From IMG/VR virus record IMGVR_UViG_3300037755_000412, positions 1 through 45,631 of that record: a DNA stretch of 45,631 bases; one strand, written 5' to 3'. The notes beneath the pieces are model-generated. The model did no database searches. It saw only the letters and a program-made list of their open reading frames with translations, and was not told where the DNA came from. The first letter of the stretch is position 1, and each line of letters starts with the position of its first letter. Of this stretch, positions 42,793 to 45,631 are shown one piece after another. The stretch is from a virus (Duplodnaviria; Caudoviricetes). Position numbers and translations under genes: made by a program.

Positions 42793-43132
42793 GCAACGTC
42801 GGCGGTTCTGGATCTACCACCACGAAGCGAAAGCGCAGCCCGTCCCGCCCGAGCTCGCGCGCGAACGTCGCCAGCCAGCCCATGTACAGCGCCCTCCACC
42901 AGCAGACGAACTGCGGCGAAGGCAGCGCGATCACGAGCGTCTCCGGTTCCCACGCCCAGCCCTGCGCGGGCCGCCACCACGTCGCGAAGGCGTCGGCCTG
43001 GATGGCGCCGCTCGCCCGAAGCCGGATCGCTTCAAAGAACGCCGCGGCATCGGGGTCGCGCTCCGGTAGCGGCTCCGGCTCGTGGCCGAGCACGTTGCGG
43101 GCCTCGCCGTCACGGCCGAATCGGAGCGCCAC
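42773..43132 (-). CDS. DnaA N-terminal (domain I)-like protein
   Basis: AFATWWRP......TLVIALPSPQFVCWW...Y...L...........FRFVV resembles DnaA_N; follows the initiator; GGAGG RBS. Confidence 0.72.
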   Translation of the reverse strand: MALRFGRDGEARNVLGHEPEPLPERDPDAAAFFEAIRLRASGAIQADAFATWWRPAQGWAWEPETLVIALPSPQFVCWWRALYMGWLATFARELGRDGLRFRFVVVDPEPPTLHDGSVR

Positions 43133-43826
43133 TGTCCCTCCTGCGGTTCAGCTCGGCCAAGTCGCGCCGGAGATCCCTCACCGTGTTCGCCAGCCTGTCG
43201 TCCGTCATCGAGGCCGGGTTGATCGCGGTCCTGCGCGCGCCCTCGTAGTGCGAGCCGCTGGCCAGAGCCTCGATTGGATCCTCGCCAGTCATGTCAGCGA
43301 CGGCTCTCGCGAGAGTCTGGCACTCGAGCTCAAGCTGAACGCGACGGCCGGCTACGAGCGGGTTGGCTTTGCCGCCTGCTCTGGCGTCAGGCGTCGGCGC
43401 AGGCGCAGGCGCTGGTACTGGCGCAGGCGTCGGCGCAGGCGGGGATTGCCGGCCGGCATTGCCACCGCTACTGCCTTCGCTATGCCACCGCATGTTGGCA
43501 CGCGTGCGCTGCTCCTCCCGGAATGCCAGTTCCTCGGCCACGTCCCGAACGACCCGCTCGTGGTACAGCCGCCCGTCGCGCTCCTTCAGCTTCCCGAGCT
43601 CCGTCCAGAACGTGAGGGCACGGCGCACGTCGGCCGGGCGCATCCCGACGATCGCCCCAAGTGCCACGGGATCTGCTGGCAGCTCGCCGCCCTGGATGAA
43701 GGCGTGGAACAGGAACAGCGGGTAGAAGGCGGACGCCACGAAGTCGCGCTTGGCGAGCGCCAGCTTGACGGCGGGGTCGTTCACGTAGTCGGCTGGCGCC
43801 CATCGCATGATGTGAATCGGCTTCAC
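43110..43826 (-). CDS. Replication initiator, DUF1376/YdaU-like N-terminus
   Basis: MRW.PADY..D, Y..FL..AF..GGELPAD...L..IVG, DGRLYHERV, A..RW, then a Pro/Ala linker. Confidence 0.78.
   Translation of the reverse strand: MKPIHIMRWAPADYVNDPAVKLALAKRDFVASAFYPLFLFHAFIQGGELPADPVALGAIVGMRPADVRRALTFWTELGKLKERDGRLYHERVVRDVAEELAFREEQRTRANMRWHSEGSSGGNAGRQSPPAPTPAPVPAPAPAPTPDARAGGKANPLVAGRRVQLELECQTLARAVADMTGEDPIEALASGSHYEGARRTAINPASMTDDRLANTVRDLRRDLAELNRRRDSGAPIRP
43381..43441. repeat. ggcgca/ggcgtc short tandem repeats inside the initiator (PAPTPAPVPAPAPAPTP)
   Basis: Repeated ggcgcaggc units; caggcgtcggcgcaggcg occurs twice. Confidence 0.7.
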
Positions 43827-43987
43827 GGTGTCTCGCTCCTCTGGCTGTTCTCGGCCCCGCCCTCGCGCCGCCAGCGGCCGTAGCTGAAGGTCCCGGTGCC
43901 GTAGGCGGTGGCGACGAAGACCTGGCCGGCGCGGTAGTACACGGTCGCCTGGGCGACGGTCTCGAAGACGGGCGGGCGCTCGGTCAT
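43823..43987 (-). CDS. Hypothetical 54-aa protein
   Basis: AGGAG RBS; coupled at both ends. Confidence 0.6.
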   Translation of the reverse strand: MTERPPVFETVAQATVYYRAGQVFVATAYGTGTFSYGRWRREGGAENSQRSETP

Positions 43988-45201
43988 GCGGGCGTCTCCT
44001 GGCCGGCGAACAGCGGGCCAGCGATCCGGCGGCGGGCGACCGCGCACCATTCCGCATCCTGCTCCATGCCGATGAACCGGAAGCCCTCCGCGAGCGCAGC
44101 GACGCCCGTGGAGCCGCTTCCACAGAAGGGGTCGAGCACGAGCCCGCCCGGAGGCGTCACGAGCCGGCACAACCAGCGCATGAGGTCCACAGGCTTAACC
44201 GTGGGGTGCCCGTTGCGGCCGGCGTAGTGGCGCTCGCCGCTCGCGGCCTTCGCGGTGTAGAAAAATCGTGACGCACCGCCACTCCCGCCGTAGGTCCCCC
44301 AAGGTGTGTCCCGCGTTCCGAGGGGGCTGTAGACGTTGTTCTCGGCGCGACGCGTTCCGGCAGCGCCGTCCTTCGTCTCACCGCTCTGCTCGTCCAGCGC
44401 CGCCGCCGCGTCCTCGTCCAGCAGCACGTTCGCGGGCCAGCGGCCGAGGTTCGTTGTGCCCATGCCGCGCGAGCTAGAGCTAAGCGACCCATCGCCGGCG
44501 GCGTTGTACGTGCCGCGCTCGACCGTCCGACTCTCATCTAACAATCGAAGCGGGCGCCCATCGGCCTCGATCCTGCATCCGTCCACGTTGAGCGCCCCCG
44601 TTCCGTGCGCGAGCACGTTCGCAGCGACCGTCCCCGCCAGCGGCTTGCGGGCGAGGATGACCGGCTCCCAAGCTGGCTTGAGGGCTGTGCCCCAGCCGGA
44701 CCACTCGCGGGCGGCGTCGGTGGCTGGTGCGGTGTCCATCTTCGGGCGGTTGCTTTCGTCCTGTGTCCACTCGTCCTGTGCGTACTTGTCGCTTGTGGAA
44801 CTCCGCCAGCTTCCCACGGTGCCGTCGGCATACTCACGCTTCCCCACGACTTCGCGCTCCGCTCCCGCCGCCTTGTCTATCGCCTTCGACACGTCCAACG
44901 ACTTTGGGAAGCCTGAGCCGTAGAGCCAGGACAGGCAGTCCCGAATCTCCCAGCCCGCGTCCTCGACCGCGCACGTCAGCCGGTGATAGGTCCGCGTCCC
45001 GCCGAACGCCAGCAGATGCGCCCCCGGCTTCGCCACGCGCAGCGCCTCGGCCCAGAACGGCTCGCCCGGGACGCCGTGGTCCCATTCCTTGCCCATGAAG
45101 CTCAGGCCGTAGGGCGGATCGCAGACGACAGCATCGACGGACCCGGCGGGCATCTCGCGCAGCAGCCCGAGGCAGTCGCCCTGCCGGATCTCCCAGGTCA
45201 C
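43984..45201 (-). CDS. DNA N4-cytosine/N6-adenine methyltransferase (beta class, orphan)
   Basis: GDCL, SVDAVVCDPPY, ALKPAWEP, HPTVKP..LMRWL, VLDPFCGSGSTG. Confidence 0.95.
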   Translation of the reverse strand: MTWEIRQGDCLGLLREMPAGSVDAVVCDPPYGLSFMGKEWDHGVPGEPFWAEALRVAKPGAHLLAFGGTRTYHRLTCAVEDAGWEIRDCLSWLYGSGFPKSLDVSKAIDKAAGAEREVVGKREYADGTVGSWRSSTSDKYAQDEWTQDESNRPKMDTAPATDAAREWSGWGTALKPAWEPVILARKPLAGTVAANVLAHGTGALNVDGCRIEADGRPLRLLDESRTVERGTYNAAGDGSLSSSSRGMGTTNLGRWPANVLLDEDAAAALDEQSGETKDGAAGTRRAENNVYSPLGTRDTPWGTYGGSGGASRFFYTAKAASGERHYAGRNGHPTVKPVDLMRWLCRLVTPPGGLVLDPFCGSGSTGVAALAEGFRFIGMEQDAEWCAVARRRIAGPLFAGQETPA

Positions 45202-45581
45202 GCGCGCCACTCCAGCCGGTAGCACTCGAGCCGCTGCGTCTTCGGCCCTCCGATTCGCCCGCAGCCGCAAGGGCATTGCCGGTCCGCCTCCCACAGCAGC
45301 GATGGCTCCACCTCGAACACGTCCCGGTACGGCCGCGGCCCCAGCACCACCGCGCGCCCGTCGAGCGCCGCCCGGATCTCTCCAAGTCTGGCGATGTAGC
45401 GGTTTCCCCCGACGCTGGCGAGCTCGTGGCGGCTGTGCGCCTGGCCGTCCCCGAGCAGCGCCAGGATGTGGCGTGCCGCACGCTTCAGGGCCTCCCGCTT
45501 CGCTGGGTCGTGCGGGGGCACCGCGAGCGGGATCAGCGCGACGGCGGGAGGGGTCCAGTCGAGGGGGCGCTGGGTCGCCAT
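45198..45581 (-). CDS. Hypothetical protein, possible winged-helix
   Basis: ILALLGDG..HS..EL..VGG.RY.ARL.EIR; CPCGC insert. Confidence 0.7.
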   Translation of the reverse strand: MATQRPLDWTPPAVALIPLAVPPHDPAKREALKRAARHILALLGDGQAHSRHELASVGGNRYIARLGEIRAALDGRAVVLGPRPYRDVFEVEPSLLWEADRQCPCGCGRIGGPKTQRLECYRLEWRA

Positions 45582-45631
45582 CAGGTGCGGGTCCTGCGAA
45601 GCGCACGCATCAGAATCAGCCGCAACGCACG
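45505..45631. repeat. Terminal direct repeat, right copy
   Basis: Identical to 1-127. Confidence 0.97.

Noticed and set aside
43984-45201. Complete restriction-modification system
   Set aside because: No cognate restriction endonuclease adjacent; orphan methyltransferases are common in temperate phages.
45505-45631. Biological direct terminal repeat of the virion DNA
   Set aside because: 127 bp equals a common assembler k-mer overlap and falls mid-gene, so it is best read as a circularisation artefact. Real termini need read data.

Overview
This window is a complete, circularly assembled temperate phage genome of about 45.5 kb with high GC. Bases 1-127 are identical to 45505-45631. The virion module is P22-like (podovirus): TerS, TerL, portal, scaffold, gp5-type coat, decoration proteins, gp4/gp10-like tail proteins, a GNAT-like protein, ejection proteins and a head-binding tail fibre. 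Almost all genes are on the minus strand. The exceptions are a xis-like/tyrosine integrase unit and a small membrane ORF at the P22 sieA position. The early region has one short HTH regulator, an SSB-like protein, NinB-like, pentapeptide, DUF5131, an N4/N6 methyltransferase, a DUF1376-like initiator, a stand-alone DnaA-N-like protein, two HNHs and many tiny Cys-rich ORFs. Five features stand out. (1) A translationally coupled late block between lysis genes and terminase encodes exported, Cys-paired proteins: a lipoprotein, a tail-fibre-like protein with a signal peptide, a 1301-aa lyase-like/Ig protein and a small secreted protein. (2) The gp10 tail-hub gene is split into two ORFs by Ig/PKD domains. 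(3) Two late promoter-like motifs have TTGACA and YATAAT only 7-8 bp apart, each followed by an RBS-occluding leader, one ending at a probable CTG start. (4) A lambda-pI-like promoter overlaps the xis start. (5) Small genes are bracketed by 12-15 bp junction direct repeats. All family assignments come from motif recognition by eye; no database searches were run.
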